In this document: positions 1-8,863 of the stretch, piece by piece
Layout of the letters: every line of letters starts with the position of its first letter
How positions within the stretch are numbered: the first letter of the stretch is position 1
Source of the DNA: a virus
Lineage: Duplodnaviria > Caudoviricetes
Strand: one strand, 5' to 3'
IMG/VR virus record: IMGVR_UViG_3300011116_001007
DNA length: 64,000 bases
Translations under genes and position numbers: made by a program
The notes under the pieces: generated by a model
Database searches by the model: none
Told to the model about the DNA's origin: nothing
Seen by the model: the letters and a program-made list of their open reading frames with translations, nothing else

Positions 1-216
1 ACAACCGCTGTATTCTATACCATTTGGAGTTATGCTGCCGGCGCAGGCCGAACCTTGATACAAGAAGCACAAAAAAGTATCAAGGCTGAATTTCCTGACA
101 TACAGACCTATGTGACCTTGAGTCCCAAGACCGAGATGGCTCGACGTTTCCATCTCAAGAATGGTGCGTTGGAACTGAGAGAAAATATCACCACCATCAA
201 TTACATTTACAAATAA
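1..216 (+). CDS. 5'-truncated protein resembling the GNAT-fold C-terminal domain of malonyl-CoA decarboxylase
   Basis: Frame 1 reads TAVFYTIWSYAAGAGRTLI...EFPDIQTYVTLSPKT to TAA at 214-216; resembles the MCD motifs AIFYSI...LI...F.TLSP. Confidence 0.5.
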   Translation, partial: TTAVFYTIWSYAAGAGRTLIQEAQKSIKAEFPDIQTYVTLSPKTEMARRFHLKNGALELRENITTINYIYK

Positions 217-243
217 AAAAAGCCACCCTAAGGGTGGCTTTTT
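215..243. terminator. Bidirectional rho-independent terminator
   Basis: A-run, AGCCACCC-TAA-GGGTGGCT stem, T-run, between convergent genes. Confidence 0.9.
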
Positions 244-261
244 AGTTTGTGCTACTGGAGT

Positions 262-492
262 TTACTTCTTGTTGAAGGACCAATAGATCACGCCTATTGC
301 AACCAAACCAACCAGTCCTTGGCTGCCCAGGGCAGCTACAAATTTGATCAGGCTTGCAGTCACATCGATTGCCAGGAACGGAACTGCGGCACCAAATAGG
401 ATTTGCAGAATCACGCCAGCAGCGATCAGTTTGATACCAATATCGATGATACCGTTTAAAAGGCCATTAGCCTTTGCCATTACATTGTCCAT
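262..492 (-). CDS. Small integral membrane protein
   Basis: Two or three hydrophobic segments; start moved to 492 (GGAG upstream). Confidence 0.75.
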   Translation of the reverse strand: MDNVMAKANGLLNGIIDIGIKLIAAGVILQILFGAAVPFLAIDVTASLIKFVAALGSQGLVGLVAIGVIYWSFNKK

Positions 493-612
493 AAAATAAA
501 CTCCTTTAAAAAGCACATTTTTAGTGTGCTGGATTTTATTTAAGAATTATTACAGCAATCTTGTGTAATACCCAGGATTTTTGGTTGGTTTTGTCATTAA
601 CGGCTAGGTTAA

Positions 613-930
613 CTATTCAGGCTCATGCCATTGACCTTCAAAACAATGTCGCATCTCATGACCAAGATTGGCCAATGTGGTTTGTTTTTTGGTGTACACA
701 AAACATTTGGTTTTGTTGAACTTGGCACAGCCGCGCAGTTCACCTTGGCCGGGATTCTTGGGTTTGCCGTAGCAGGCCTGGTCTAGGTCCTCCACTATGA
801 TCCATTCAATGATCTTGGGAGTATGGCCGGGACTGACATTAAAGATCAAATCGTCTTGGCCCACTCGCAATGTGTCTGCTGGACTGATTGCTGCACTCAA
901 TAGCAATAACAAAGCCACTAACACTTTCAT
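613..930 (-). CDS. Secreted protein with HExxH motif (possible Zn-peptidase fold)
   Basis: Start MKVLVALLLLLSAA (signal peptide) with AGGAG upstream; GHEMRH near C-terminus. Confidence 0.6.
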   Translation of the reverse strand: MKVLVALLLLLSAAISPADTLRVGQDDLIFNVSPGHTPKIIEWIIVEDLDQACYGKPKNPGQGELRGCAKFNKTKCFVYTKKQTTLANLGHEMRHCFEGQWHEPE

Positions 931-932
931 GA

Positions 933-1100
933 TTACTTCTCCTGTGTGGATTTTTTGCTCAAGGTAAATGACCCATCCTCGTTGGCTGTCCAGGTCAGCG
1001 TGTCGCCTATTTCCCAACCCATCTCGTCGCACATGCCTTCGGGGAATGGCATTATTAACTCTCCTGTTTCGGGATCTTCTATCAAAGTCACTGTGGTCAT
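933..1100 (-). CDS. AbrB/MazE-like small DNA-binding protein (55 aa, not in ORF track)
   Basis: MTTVTLIEDPETGELIMPFPEGMCDEMGWEIGDTLTW...; LxMPxP...GW.xGD.L pattern. Confidence 0.65.
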   Translation of the reverse strand: MTTVTLIEDPETGELIMPFPEGMCDEMGWEIGDTLTWTANEDGSFTLSKKSTQEK

Positions 1101-1324
1101 ATGATGTGTCCTGTTACGTTGTAGATCAATTGATCTAACTCCGATTGATAATCGTGATTGCCCATTCTGCGTTTCATCCAGATTTGTTCTACCAACTCTT
1201 TGCTACCGTATGGGCCTGAACTTGTGGGCAATTCGCCACGAGTTTCTAACTCTTCAATTAGATCGCCTGTTTCAAAGTCACTCAAATCAACATCTATTTC
1301 AACTTCTTTGTATACGTATGGCAT
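1097..1324 (-). CDS. Hypothetical protein
   Basis: ORF track; ATGA overlap with the downstream gene. Confidence 0.75.
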   Translation of the reverse strand: MPYVYKEVEIDVDLSDFETGDLIEELETRGELPTSSGPYGSKELVEQIWMKRRMGNHDYQSELDQLIYNVTGHII

Positions 1325-1325
1325 G

Positions 1326-1454
1326 TTATTGCTCCTGTGAAATTTCTACAATGTGATATTTACTGTGCGGATACTGTTGTTGCAACCATTCAACCAGGCC
1401 GGGTTCCCAAGGAAACAACACAGATTGATAACGATTGGTAATGTATTTAGACAT
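1326..1454 (-). CDS. Small hypothetical protein (42 aa, not in ORF track)
   Basis: MSKYITNRYQSVLFPWEPGLVEWLQQQYPHSKYHIVEISQEQ fills the gap between neighbours. Confidence 0.65.
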   Translation of the reverse strand: MSKYITNRYQSVLFPWEPGLVEWLQQQYPHSKYHIVEISQEQ

Positions 1455-1456
1455 GT

Positions 1457-1960
1457 TTATCCCAATTCAAAAGTAATTACGATTCTATCTACTGTTCGAT
1501 CCACGGGGTCAAATCCATGCACCAGGTCAGCATCAAACACCATCAACATGTTTTGTTCTACGGGCACTGCTTGATCTTCAAAAATCAGTGTCTCGCCCGA
1601 ACCCACTTGTGCATAGTATGTGGCCACTGATTTAACCATGCTGGTATTTGGCAAACTTGAATGCCGGTGTGCATGGGCACCAATCCATTGCTGTGATTTA
1701 TGAAGGTTGGCCCAGGACCGCATCACGCTCAATCCGGTCAATTGTTCAATTGCTGCGGCCAAGGGCTGTATTTCTGCTGTCAGCCTGTATGCATTTTGAG
1801 CATGCACAGGGTCTGTGCTGGACCACGATTCGTACCCGCTGGGAATCGCAGGAACCTGGCTGCGGTTGCCTACAGGATTTTTGTACAAGAACACACAATC
1901 TCTAATGGCTGCATTGACCACCGTCTGTCTATCTTGATAAAAATCATTTACTATTTGCAT
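1457..1960 (-). CDS. Putative 2OG-Fe(II) oxygenase
   Basis: GAHAH ... LVHG ... RIVITFEL, HxH/D...H...R cupin pattern. Confidence 0.65.
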   Translation of the reverse strand: MQIVNDFYQDRQTVVNAAIRDCVFLYKNPVGNRSQVPAIPSGYESWSSTDPVHAQNAYRLTAEIQPLAAAIEQLTGLSVMRSWANLHKSQQWIGAHAHRHSSLPNTSMVKSVATYYAQVGSGETLIFEDQAVPVEQNMLMVFDADLVHGFDPVDRTVDRIVITFELG

Positions 1961-1988
1961 TTTGTTTCCTTGTCTTCAGCGAACACAA

Positions 1989-2336
1989 TCACTTCACACT
2001 TTTTACATGTTTACAATCGCCGCGGAATCTAAATCCACTGCAAGTGCAATTCATTGTGCCGTTGACTTCAGTGACCCGATACACGTCACCCTTGCTGCCT
2101 TGCACTTCCCACACACGCCCCTGCGGTTCTTCCGGCTTGACAGCTACCTCAAACTGCACAGGATTCACTGTGAATTTGCGGCCGCGCATGTCCAGGCGAA
2201 TGGGTGCCTTGAAAGTGGTAGGTATGCCAGTGCCAAACGGAACATAGGCAAACATCTTGCTCTTGGCATCATCCAGGAGATACACATGGTTAGGTGCCTG
2301 ACCTTTCCAGTCTGTGATTTCAGCAAACCATTTCAT
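1989..2336 (-). CDS. SWIM zinc-finger protein
   Basis: C-terminal CTCSGFRFRGDCKH (CxC-xn-CxH). Confidence 0.8.
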   Translation of the reverse strand: MKWFAEITDWKGQAPNHVYLLDDAKSKMFAYVPFGTGIPTTFKAPIRLDMRGRKFTVNPVQFEVAVKPEEPQGRVWEVQGSKGDVYRVTEVNGTMNCTCSGFRFRGDCKHVKSVK

Positions 2337-2449
2337 CTTGACATGATCCTTTGTAGCACTTGACGAGCCTGAGAAAGATCCTGGATCTCAGGCTCACTAG
2401 GAAGCCAATTTGAGTACGGTTGTTTCCAACGTATGGTGTACAGGGTCAT
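2333..2449 (-). CDS. Small hypothetical protein (38 aa, not in ORF track)
   Basis: AGGAG RBS, MTLYTIRWKQPYSNW..., ATGA overlap with SWIM gene. Confidence 0.65.
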   Translation of the reverse strand: MTLYTIRWKQPYSNWLPSEPEIQDLSQARQVLQRIMSR

Positions 2450-2463
2450 CAAACTCTCCTGAC

Positions 2464-2799
2464 TTAACAAGGTTTTGCAATACGATAAGTGATGCCTTGC
2501 TTGGTTGACACCTTGGTAATATCACCCAATTTTTCGTAGTCCTTCTCAAGCAGAGCTAGGTTCTTGCGATCTCTCACAGTGGGCTGGTCCACTTTGATTG
2601 CGATGAATTTGTTTCGCGGATTGATGTAGATGGCACTGGCGGAGTAGCAAAGTTCCAGGCCCAGCTTCATGCGCTCGGCACGAGTGCGCTGGGTGCTGGT
2701 GTAGTGGCTCCACATGGCTGCGGCTCTCATTCTGGCGTCACGGGCTGCGGCAAAAGCATAAAAACCAGCGTTGTCAGTGTCTAAGTTAACGGCTTTCAT
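2464..2799 (-). CDS. Hypothetical protein
   Basis: ORF with AGGAG RBS directly downstream of a consensus promoter. Confidence 0.8.
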   Translation of the reverse strand: MKAVNLDTDNAGFYAFAAARDARMRAAAMWSHYTSTQRTRAERMKLGLELCYSASAIYINPRNKFIAIKVDQPTVRDRKNLALLEKDYEKLGDITKVSTKQGITYRIAKPC

Positions 2800-2825
2800 T
2801 CGGGCTCCTTTGTTGCTAAGTGTAT

Positions 2826-2854
2826 ATTATAGCACAATTGAGTTTAGTGGTCAA
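2826..2854 (-). promoter_or_regulatory. Sigma70-type early promoter
   Basis: TTGACC-17nt-TATAAT on minus strand. Confidence 0.85.
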
Positions 2855-3272
2855 CCAGAATTTGTTGCACGTATTCCAGGGCATTTAGTACCTGATCTGT
2901 AGGAACTGCATGACTATTATATCCTGAGATAATATGATTTAGATAATATTCGCTGGGTGGATAATAATCCTGGTCAGGATTCATATAATATACTTCAGCC
3001 AATAATATACGGCGGCCCAGAGATACTCGTTGTTGGCTGCGATTATAATAATGTGGATAACCTTCCAGATAATCCAGGGCCGTCAAATGCTCTGCGGTAA
3101 TTTGCCATAATACTCCATCCACAAAACTGCCCGGGGTAGATACCACATCTGCATGATGTGCAAATCTAAATGAGTGTTCTAGCAAACGAGCATGGCCCAG
3201 GCTCAGGGCGCCAGGACACCGATAGGCCATGCTGTCGGGATTGGTATTCATACCATAGGAAAAATATAACAT
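2844..3272 (-). CDS. Gamma-glutamylcyclotransferase (GGCT/AIG2-like)
   Basis: YFSYGMN N-terminal motif, GVLW, LDYLEGYPHYY. Confidence 0.85.
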   Translation of the reverse strand: MLYFSYGMNTNPDSMAYRCPGALSLGHARLLEHSFRFAHHADVVSTPGSFVDGVLWQITAEHLTALDYLEGYPHYYNRSQQRVSLGRRILLAEVYYMNPDQDYYPPSEYYLNHIISGYNSHAVPTDQVLNALEYVQQILVDH

Positions 3273-3278
3273 GCTGTA

Positions 3279-3307
3279 ATTATAGCATGAAATAGATTAC
3301 TGGTCAA
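3279..3307 (-). promoter_or_regulatory. Sigma70-type early promoter
   Basis: TTGACC-17nt-TATAAT. Confidence 0.85.
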
Positions 3308-3897
3308 CCACGCTTGTCTATGATTTTGTCAGCCAGTCCGTATGCAACCGATTCGCTAGCACTCATGAAAAAGTCACGTTCCATGTCCCGTAGCAATTCT
3401 TCATAGGTTTTGCCTGCGGTGTTGTGCCGGACATAAATTTCGGTAAGATACTGTTTCATCTTTTGTATCTCTTGTGCTTGAATTTGAATGTCGGTGGCCT
3501 GGCCTCTTGCACCACCTGATGGTTGGTGAATCATATGTCGAGCATGTGGCAAGATGTGTCGCTTGCCTGCTGCACCGGCTGTGGCCAACAACGACCCCAT
3601 GCTGGCTGCTTGACCCATCACAATGGTATGAATATCGCATTTGATAAACTGCATGGTATCATAGATGGCCATGCCTGCTGTGACACTTCCGCCTGGGCTG
3701 TTGATGTACAAGCTGATGTCTTTGTCAGAATTTTCACTTTCTAAAAACAACAATTGCGCCACAATCAAGCTGGCACTGTGTTCTGACACTTCTCCGTCTA
3801 GCATGATAATGCGGTCACGTAGCAGTCGGCTGTAGATATCATAGCTGCGCTCGCCCTTGCTGGTTTGTTCTAAAACGATTGGTACTAAAGTTGACAT
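3304..3897 (-). CDS. clpP: ATP-dependent Clp protease proteolytic subunit
   Basis: [24 protein letters not shown] (Ser), MIHQP (His), ERD (Asp). Confidence 0.97.
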   Translation of the reverse strand: MSTLVPIVLEQTSKGERSYDIYSRLLRDRIIMLDGEVSEHSASLIVAQLLFLESENSDKDISLYINSPGGSVTAGMAIYDTMQFIKCDIHTIVMGQAASMGSLLATAGAAGKRHILPHARHMIHQPSGGARGQATDIQIQAQEIQKMKQYLTEIYVRHNTAGKTYEELLRDMERDFFMSASESVAYGLADKIIDKRG

Positions 3898-3991
3898 GGT
3901 GTTCCTTGTTGGTCGATTGTGCTATTTTACAGTGTATTTTATCTAATAGCAAGACATTTTGGAAAGCAACTTGTTCTTCGCTAAATACCAC

Positions 3992-5581
3992 ATGAGAGAT
4001 TTATTAGACTTGCTGGACAAAGTTGCCTTGCCATTGGCAGAAGGTGTGGGGCTTGCCAACCGCAAACCCGGCGAAAAATTCAAAAACAGTGTAGGAGACG
4101 TGGTCACGTTCCAGGGGCTGGAATTTTATCCCGAATCGGGTCGATTTGCCACTCCTGAAGAACTGCAAGCAGGAGTGGATTCTGTGTTGGCCACCAAACA
4201 GATTGATGCTACCCAGATACATTGGGTCAACACCCCTAACAAAAGTGCAGGTGCATTCAGCCTGGCCACATTCACTGGAGAAGATGGCACACCTTATTAT
4301 CTAGGCCGTTGGTCCGGAGCAAACAGTCCCAACCGTGCACAGAACAAGTTTGCACACGATGACATTCCAGGCGGATTTAAATATCAAAGCGGTGCAGGTG
4401 TCAAAGAAAACACTGGATACAAACCCAGCGAAATACTGACACAATTCCAAGACAACACACCCGAATCAATATTGCAACAAATCGTTGCCAAGTTTGGCGA
4501 CGGCAGTGACGAAGCTGTGGCGGCGCAGACTTTTATCAGTTCAGACATTCCTTGCAAGATACCAAAAGGAAACATGAACCCCGATGCGTTCCGCGATTAC
4601 TTCTGTGAAATGTTGCAACCCATAGCCTTGGTCATGGGCAAGAATGTCACAGGCAATGCTGCTGAGGCTGCTGACATCTTCTTTGGCAGCAGCGGTTATG
4701 CTGATTGTACCATCAGCTTTAACACCAATACCATTGGTGGCTTGTATGATAGTTTGCTGGTGAATCCCGACGGTCGCCAGATAAAATTATCCAGCAAGGG
4801 TAAAAATGGTGCCAGTGCCAGTGTTACCAATCTATTGAAATCTGTAGAAGAACTGGCAAACACACCCAATGGCAAACAACTGTTAAACAAACACCAAGAA
4901 GTTATAGAAATTTTAAACATCATCAACCGAGACGGTCACTTTGGTGCTCCTTTGACCCTGGCTGTAAAGTACAAGATTATTGATCCAAAAGAAGCTGCAC
5001 AGATTCCCAAGCTCAAAGGCCTAGGACCCAAAGACACTGTGGTAGGGGCAGGTATATTGAGTCCAAAACTAGAAAAATTATATACCAATCGCAAGAGCAA
5101 AGACCCCAAGCGAGTGATTCCCCTAGAGCACATGACTGCCAGCATTGCATACAACGTGGCAGACTATGTGAACAAGAATACTGACTTTGGAAAAGCAGCT
5201 TCGGAAATCTTGAACAATGCCGCCCTGGTCCAGGTGTACACAAATACTTCAGTCAGTGCCGACACCATTACCATTACCAAGATGGATGCAGTGTATCCTA
5301 GTAAAACAGTTACTGGTGTGTATCTAGATGCCAGCAAAGTTTATTTCAGCACAGGCGGCAAAGGCAATTTTACATTTACCATCATGAAGAATGGCGCCAC
5401 TGAAAAAGATGTGAACCCCATGGATCCAGTGGATGAGCCAGATGATACCTCGCCCACTACCACTGCTGATCTAGATGCAGAAACTAATAGGCCCAGATTG
5501 ACTGGGCCGGGTGCTCGAGCAGCTAGATCAACAGCAGCGCCCAAAATGGATTTGGCCACTGTTGGTCGTCAACGTCGTTGA
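3992..5581 (+). CDS. Large late protein, probably virion-associated; possible PD-(D/E)XK-like domain
   Basis: TAAATA at 3982-3987 four nt before ATG 3992; FCEML...GLYDSLL...IKLSSK. Confidence 0.6.
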   Translation: MRDLLDLLDKVALPLAEGVGLANRKPGEKFKNSVGDVVTFQGLEFYPESGRFATPEELQAGVDSVLATKQIDATQIHWVNTPNKSAGAFSLATFTGEDGTPYYLGRWSGANSPNRAQNKFAHDDIPGGFKYQSGAGVKENTGYKPSEILTQFQDNTPESILQQIVAKFGDGSDEAVAAQTFISSDIPCKIPKGNMNPDAFRDYFCEMLQPIALVMGKNVTGNAAEAADIFFGSSGYADCTISFNTNTIGGLYDSLLVNPDGRQIKLSSKGKNGASASVTNLLKSVEELANTPNGKQLLNKHQEVIEILNIINRDGHFGAPLTLAVKYKIIDPKEAAQIPKLKGLGPKDTVVGAGILSPKLEKLYTNRKSKDPKRVIPLEHMTASIAYNVADYVNKNTDFGKAASEILNNAALVQVYTNTSVSADTITITKMDAVYPSKTVTGVYLDASKVYFSTGGKGNFTFTIMKNGATEKDVNPMDPVDEPDDTSPTTTADLDAETNRPRLTGPGARAARSTAAPKMDLATVGRQRR

Positions 5582-5584
5582 CGT

Positions 5585-6151
5585 TTACTGCGCTGAGTCT
5601 AATTCTTTAAACGCTTCGGTGCTGCGTGTTGCGGCACGGTCTTTGAGAATCAATTGATCTTTGCGTGTTTGCAATGCATTGGCTTCGCCGGTGGGCAACG
5701 CTACCAAAGCATAGCTACGAAAGCGACTGCCTTCGGCCATGCGTTTGATTTCTTTGGTTTCTACACCAGTGATGTCCACTCCGGGGCAAACACTACGGAT
5801 GGCCAATTCAGAAAGTTCATGCGTGGATTCTGACGTTTCTTGCATGAACATCTTGGCCTGCTGGCTGACTCGGCCTCCGGCTGCCATACAGATTTTGCCG
5901 TATGCAAACAGTTTGGCCTTGTAGTCGGCCATGCTCATGTCTGAGCTCACAGCAGTACCGTTGGCATACACTGCATTTTTGCTGGCTGGCAGGTCGGTCA
6001 TCCACGCAGGTGCTTTGGCAATAGACTTTTCCACGTGGGCCTCACGTTTGACTTCCACAGCGGCTGCACGTTTCTCATAGTCATCTTTGGGGGCGCTGGA
6101 GCAGGCTGCAATCACAGCCGCCACCGGAAGCAATACAAAAAGTTTTTTCAT
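5585..6151 (-). CDS. Lipoprotein (LPP20-like)
   Basis: MKKLFVLLPVAAVIAA-C lipobox; APAWM...VYANGTAVSSDMSMA. Confidence 0.75.
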   Translation of the reverse strand: MKKLFVLLPVAAVIAACSSAPKDDYEKRAAAVEVKREAHVEKSIAKAPAWMTDLPASKNAVYANGTAVSSDMSMADYKAKLFAYGKICMAAGGRVSQQAKMFMQETSESTHELSELAIRSVCPGVDITGVETKEIKRMAEGSRFRSYALVALPTGEANALQTRKDQLILKDRAATRSTEAFKELDSAQ

Positions 6152-6160
6152 TTCAAGTCC

Positions 6161-6283
6161 TTACTTAGATTTAATCCATTCACCAGCTTTGCTCAAGTCT
6201 TGGCCTGCGCCGCTGACTGCTCCGCCTACTGTACCACATGCAGACAAGGCTGCAATTAGGATTGTTACCAACACCAGTTTCAT
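6161..6283 (-). CDS. Entericidin EcnA/B-like small lipoprotein (40 aa, not in ORF track)
   Basis: MKLVLVTILIAALSA-CGTVGGAVSGAGQDLSKAGEWIKSK. Confidence 0.75.
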   Translation of the reverse strand: MKLVLVTILIAALSACGTVGGAVSGAGQDLSKAGEWIKSK

Positions 6284-6312
6284 AGGATACTCCTAAAAAG
6301 TTACGATAATGT

Positions 6313-6341
6313 ATTGTAGCACAAAAATCAATTGTGGTCAA
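6313..6341 (-). promoter_or_regulatory. Sigma70-type early promoter
   Basis: TTGACC-17nt-TACAAT. Confidence 0.8.
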
Positions 6342-6908
6342 TCAGAATTTGTCAACCACTACCCAAAGGTTGTCCTGAACTTGGCAGATCACACCGCGGA
6401 AAGTTCGGATGTCTCGGCCTGTCCAGTTGGGTTCCAGGAACATTTGGCATTGAGCACCGTTGTGCCAGAATCTTCCAGGGTAATCTGGGTTGGGTCGGAA
6501 CTGGTGCAGCGGTGCCATGGTACCAGGATTGGTGCGTTTCAACACATCCAAATCAGGTTGGTCGGTGCAGATCATGGTTTTTTCGCTGATGGTTTGCACA
6601 CGACCCACACGCTCGCGTACTTCATCTTCGGCTATCTTGACTGCACGGGCACAGGCTTCTTCTCTGGGGCGATCTCCTGCCCATTCGTATTCGCCAAACG
6701 CACTGTGCCAGTCGTTGTTGATTCTCACGCGGAACGTGACCATGCACTTTCGGCCACCATTCAGTGCAGGAACCACTTCGGGTCGAATCACACTGCGTTC
6801 AGCAATTGCCACAGTGGTTCTACTCACTGTGCGATCGTTTAGCACACAGTCTGCCAAGGTCAATGCCGGCAGCAGGGTCAAGATCACAGCTAGTTTTTTC
6901 ATGGGCAT
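6342..6908 (-). CDS. Exported Cys-containing protein
   Basis: Signal peptide MKKLAVILTLLPALTLA; several Cys. Confidence 0.75.
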   Translation of the reverse strand: MPMKKLAVILTLLPALTLADCVLNDRTVSRTTVAIAERSVIRPEVVPALNGGRKCMVTFRVRINNDWHSAFGEYEWAGDRPREEACARAVKIAEDEVRERVGRVQTISEKTMICTDQPDLDVLKRTNPGTMAPLHQFRPNPDYPGRFWHNGAQCQMFLEPNWTGRDIRTFRGVICQVQDNLWVVVDKF

Positions 6909-7264
6909 TCTCTCGCCAACATCTGTAAATGATAGTCAATGTACCAATTGGTCTGACCGCTGTTGATATCTTGCAGTTGTTGATGTTGTGCAGGATTGGT
7001 AAATTTTAGCAAAGGGTTCATGGCCACTTCTAATCCGGCCAGAATTCGTTCATCTTTGGTTTGTCGCATGTTCTGCAACATGGCCACTTGATTGGCTTTT
7101 TGGCGGCAGTCTCTTACAAAATGATTCAATTGATCATGCGCCATTGGCACCCGGTCTGGTCGAGACGCGGCACAGCCACTAAACAGGCTGGCAGCGATAA
7201 CGCATGTGCCAAATACGACTGCGGATCTCAGAGCGAGCATTTTCATATGTTTCCTGATTTTCAA
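6899..7264 (-). CDS. Putative lipoprotein
   Basis: Lipobox LFSG-C; true start may be slightly downstream of 7264. Confidence 0.65.
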   Translation of the reverse strand: MKIRKHMKMLALRSAVVFGTCVIAASLFSGCAASRPDRVPMAHDQLNHFVRDCRQKANQVAMLQNMRQTKDERILAGLEVAMNPLLKFTNPAQHQQLQDINSGQTNWYIDYHLQMLARECP

Positions 7265-7424
7265 AAGGTTGTCGTGGAACTTGAGATTGTGAATTTAACC
7301 ATTCAATTATGGCCACACGATTGGCACAGTCATTAGGCATGGCCTGTACACTGGGTGGTGGCCGTTGTGCAATTGGCATGGCACAGCCCGACAATGCCAA
7401 CACAACAGGCAGTAGATATTTCAT
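7179..7424 (-). CDS. Putative lipoprotein
   Basis: MKYLLPVVLALSG-C lipobox. Confidence 0.75.
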   Translation of the reverse strand: MKYLLPVVLALSGCAMPIAQRPPPSVQAMPNDCANRVAIIEWLNSQSQVPRQPFENQETYENARSEIRSRIWHMRYRCQPV

Positions 7425-7645
7425 ACTTGTTTATTTGGATTGGTAATCTTGGCATTCACGCAGGTACCTTCCAAGATGGTATATTTGCCTTGACCGGCTG
7501 TTTCAGCCACTTCCAGCATGTGGATCTTCTGAGTGTCAATACTGGCTTTGCATTGTGCCTCATTCCGGTAATAATTCTGGGCCTGCATGAAGTTGCAGTT
7601 GCTATCAAAGCATATGAACAACACGGGTATGAAAATTTCTAACAT
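7421..7645 (-). CDS. Small exported/membrane protein
   Basis: Hydrophobic N-terminus, four Cys, ATGA overlap. Confidence 0.7.
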   Translation of the reverse strand: MLEIFIPVLFICFDSNCNFMQAQNYYRNEAQCKASIDTQKIHMLEVAETAGQGKYTILEGTCVNAKITNPNKQV

Positions 7646-7666
7646 GATGCATGTCCTTGTGTTTGT

Positions 7667-7695
7667 ATTATAGCACTGATTGAATTACTGGTCAA
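7667..7695 (-). promoter_or_regulatory. Sigma70-type early promoter
   Basis: TTGACC-17nt-TATAAT. Confidence 0.85.
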
Positions 7696-7873
7696 CTCCA
7701 AAGTGCATGTCGATCAGTCGATCAATGCTACGTCCCAGCGGGTTATTGGCTCGTGCCACAACCGTAACACATTCTTGAATGATCAGCTCGGCAAACTTTT
7801 CGTAATTGAAATTAAGGCCAAATTCATTGTGTTCCCAGCATTGTGGTTCAAGTTCTTTGATTAGTTTTCTCAT
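7685..7873 (-). CDS. MNERI-family small protein (divergent N-terminus)
   Basis: EKFAELIIQEC ... HFGVDQ. Confidence 0.85.
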   Translation of the reverse strand: MRKLIKELEPQCWEHNEFGLNFNYEKFAELIIQECVTVVARANNPLGRSIDRLIDMHFGVDQ

Positions 7874-7965
7874 GCTCTATCCACCCTGGCATCTATGTTG
7901 GAACGATGACACATGTACAGTACTCCCACAATGTATCCTACTAAAAATCCCCAGAAAAAGTTCAT
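7870..7965 (-). CDS. 31-aa membrane peptide (not in ORF track)
   Basis: MNFFWGFLVGYIVGVLYMCHRSNIDARVDRA; ATGA overlaps on both sides. Confidence 0.7.
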   Translation of the reverse strand: MNFFWGFLVGYIVGVLYMCHRSNIDARVDRA

Positions 7966-8210
7966 AGTTCAACTTTCAAACGATTAATGCCTTCATGCGG
8001 GCAGTACAGTTCACTGAGTCTCCAGCATTCCATATACTCGTCGTGTTCCTGCTGGGTCACATATCTAAAAGGAAATGAATCTAAATTTTTATCTCGCAAT
8101 CGTTGCAAAATTTTCTCAGGAGCATCCCATTCAAACACACAATCAGCAGGATGATTGGCCAATGCTGCGGTCAATCCAGCTTTGATATCTCGTAATCTAA
8201 GAAACCTCAT
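7962..8210 (-). CDS. Hypothetical protein
   Basis: ORF track; ATGA overlaps. Confidence 0.75.
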   Translation of the reverse strand: MRFLRLRDIKAGLTAALANHPADCVFEWDAPEKILQRLRDKNLDSFPFRYVTQQEHDEYMECWRLSELYCPHEGINRLKVEL

Positions 8211-8425
8211 TCTTCAACACCATATTCTCGTTTAAGATCATCTAATGCTTTGCGAACCTTTTCAGCAACTGGCCGATACTTCACAGGGCCGATAGGATGA
8301 TAGTTCCATTCTGTGCCCTTCCACACTCTATTACCATTCAATAGTCGATCAACCTCTGCTAGGATTTCAAAGCGAGGATCAGCCCACATCTTGATTTGAT
8401 TATCAGGAACGACGGGTGTGTTCAT
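8207..8425 (-). CDS. Hypothetical protein ending in the GVEE junction
   Basis: ORF track; ends EYGVEE*. Confidence 0.8.
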   Translation of the reverse strand: MNTPVVPDNQIKMWADPRFEILAEVDRLLNGNRVWKGTEWNYHPIGPVKYRPVAEKVRKALDDLKREYGVEE

Positions 8426-8520
8426 AGTCCATGCCTGGCTAGAATATTACTCAACCACATCAATCCTAAACCAAATAGAATAGTACTAATGATTAGCAAT
8501 TTGATTTCAGTTCGGTTCAT
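8422..8520 (-). CDS. 32-aa membrane peptide (not in ORF track)
   Basis: MNRTEIKLLIISTILFGLGLMWLSNILARHGL; ATGA overlaps on both sides. Confidence 0.7.
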   Translation of the reverse strand: MNRTEIKLLIISTILFGLGLMWLSNILARHGL

Positions 8521-8765
8521 TCTTCAACTCCGAAATGTTCTTTAATCTCTAGAATAGGATGTAAGTATTCTTCACCAGGTCTGCTCATTCTAACAGTGTA
8601 TGGACTAATAATATCAATACATTCCTGCACAATCAACTCGGCGAACTTTTCTAAATCTTGGTCATTGATGCTATCGGAGCGCGGACCTTCCCATCGTTTC
8701 ATTCCAAAATCACCGTTTCGCACAAGCCCAGCCTCAAGGGCAAGTTGTTTAATTCGTTCGTTCAT
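8517..8765 (-). CDS. MNERI-family small protein
   Basis: MNERIKQLA ... EKFAELIVQEC ... EHFGVEE. Confidence 0.9.
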   Translation of the reverse strand: MNERIKQLALEAGLVRNGDFGMKRWEGPRSDSINDQDLEKFAELIVQECIDIISPYTVRMSRPGEEYLHPILEIKEHFGVEE

Positions 8766-8863
8766 TCTTCAACTCCGGTTGCTGGACAGAATGGTGTATG
8801 CCCATTCTTGTTGGGATTTCTGTAACAATGCTTGCACCAGTTATAATCTTTAGGTTGGTTCAT
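8762..8863 (-). CDS. 33-aa Cys/His peptide ending GVEE (not in ORF track)
   Basis: MNQPKDYNWCKHCYRNPNKNGHTPFCPATGVEE; CxxC...H...C. Confidence 0.7.
   Translation of the reverse strand: MNQPKDYNWCKHCYRNPNKNGHTPFCPATGVEE

Noticed and set aside
2367-2397. Perfect inverted repeat GAGCCTGAGA...TCTCAGGCTC as ncRNA or terminator
   Set aside because: It lies within a 38-codon ORF that has an RBS and ATGA coupling, and it lacks a U-tract; it may be an RNase site, but no function is supportable.
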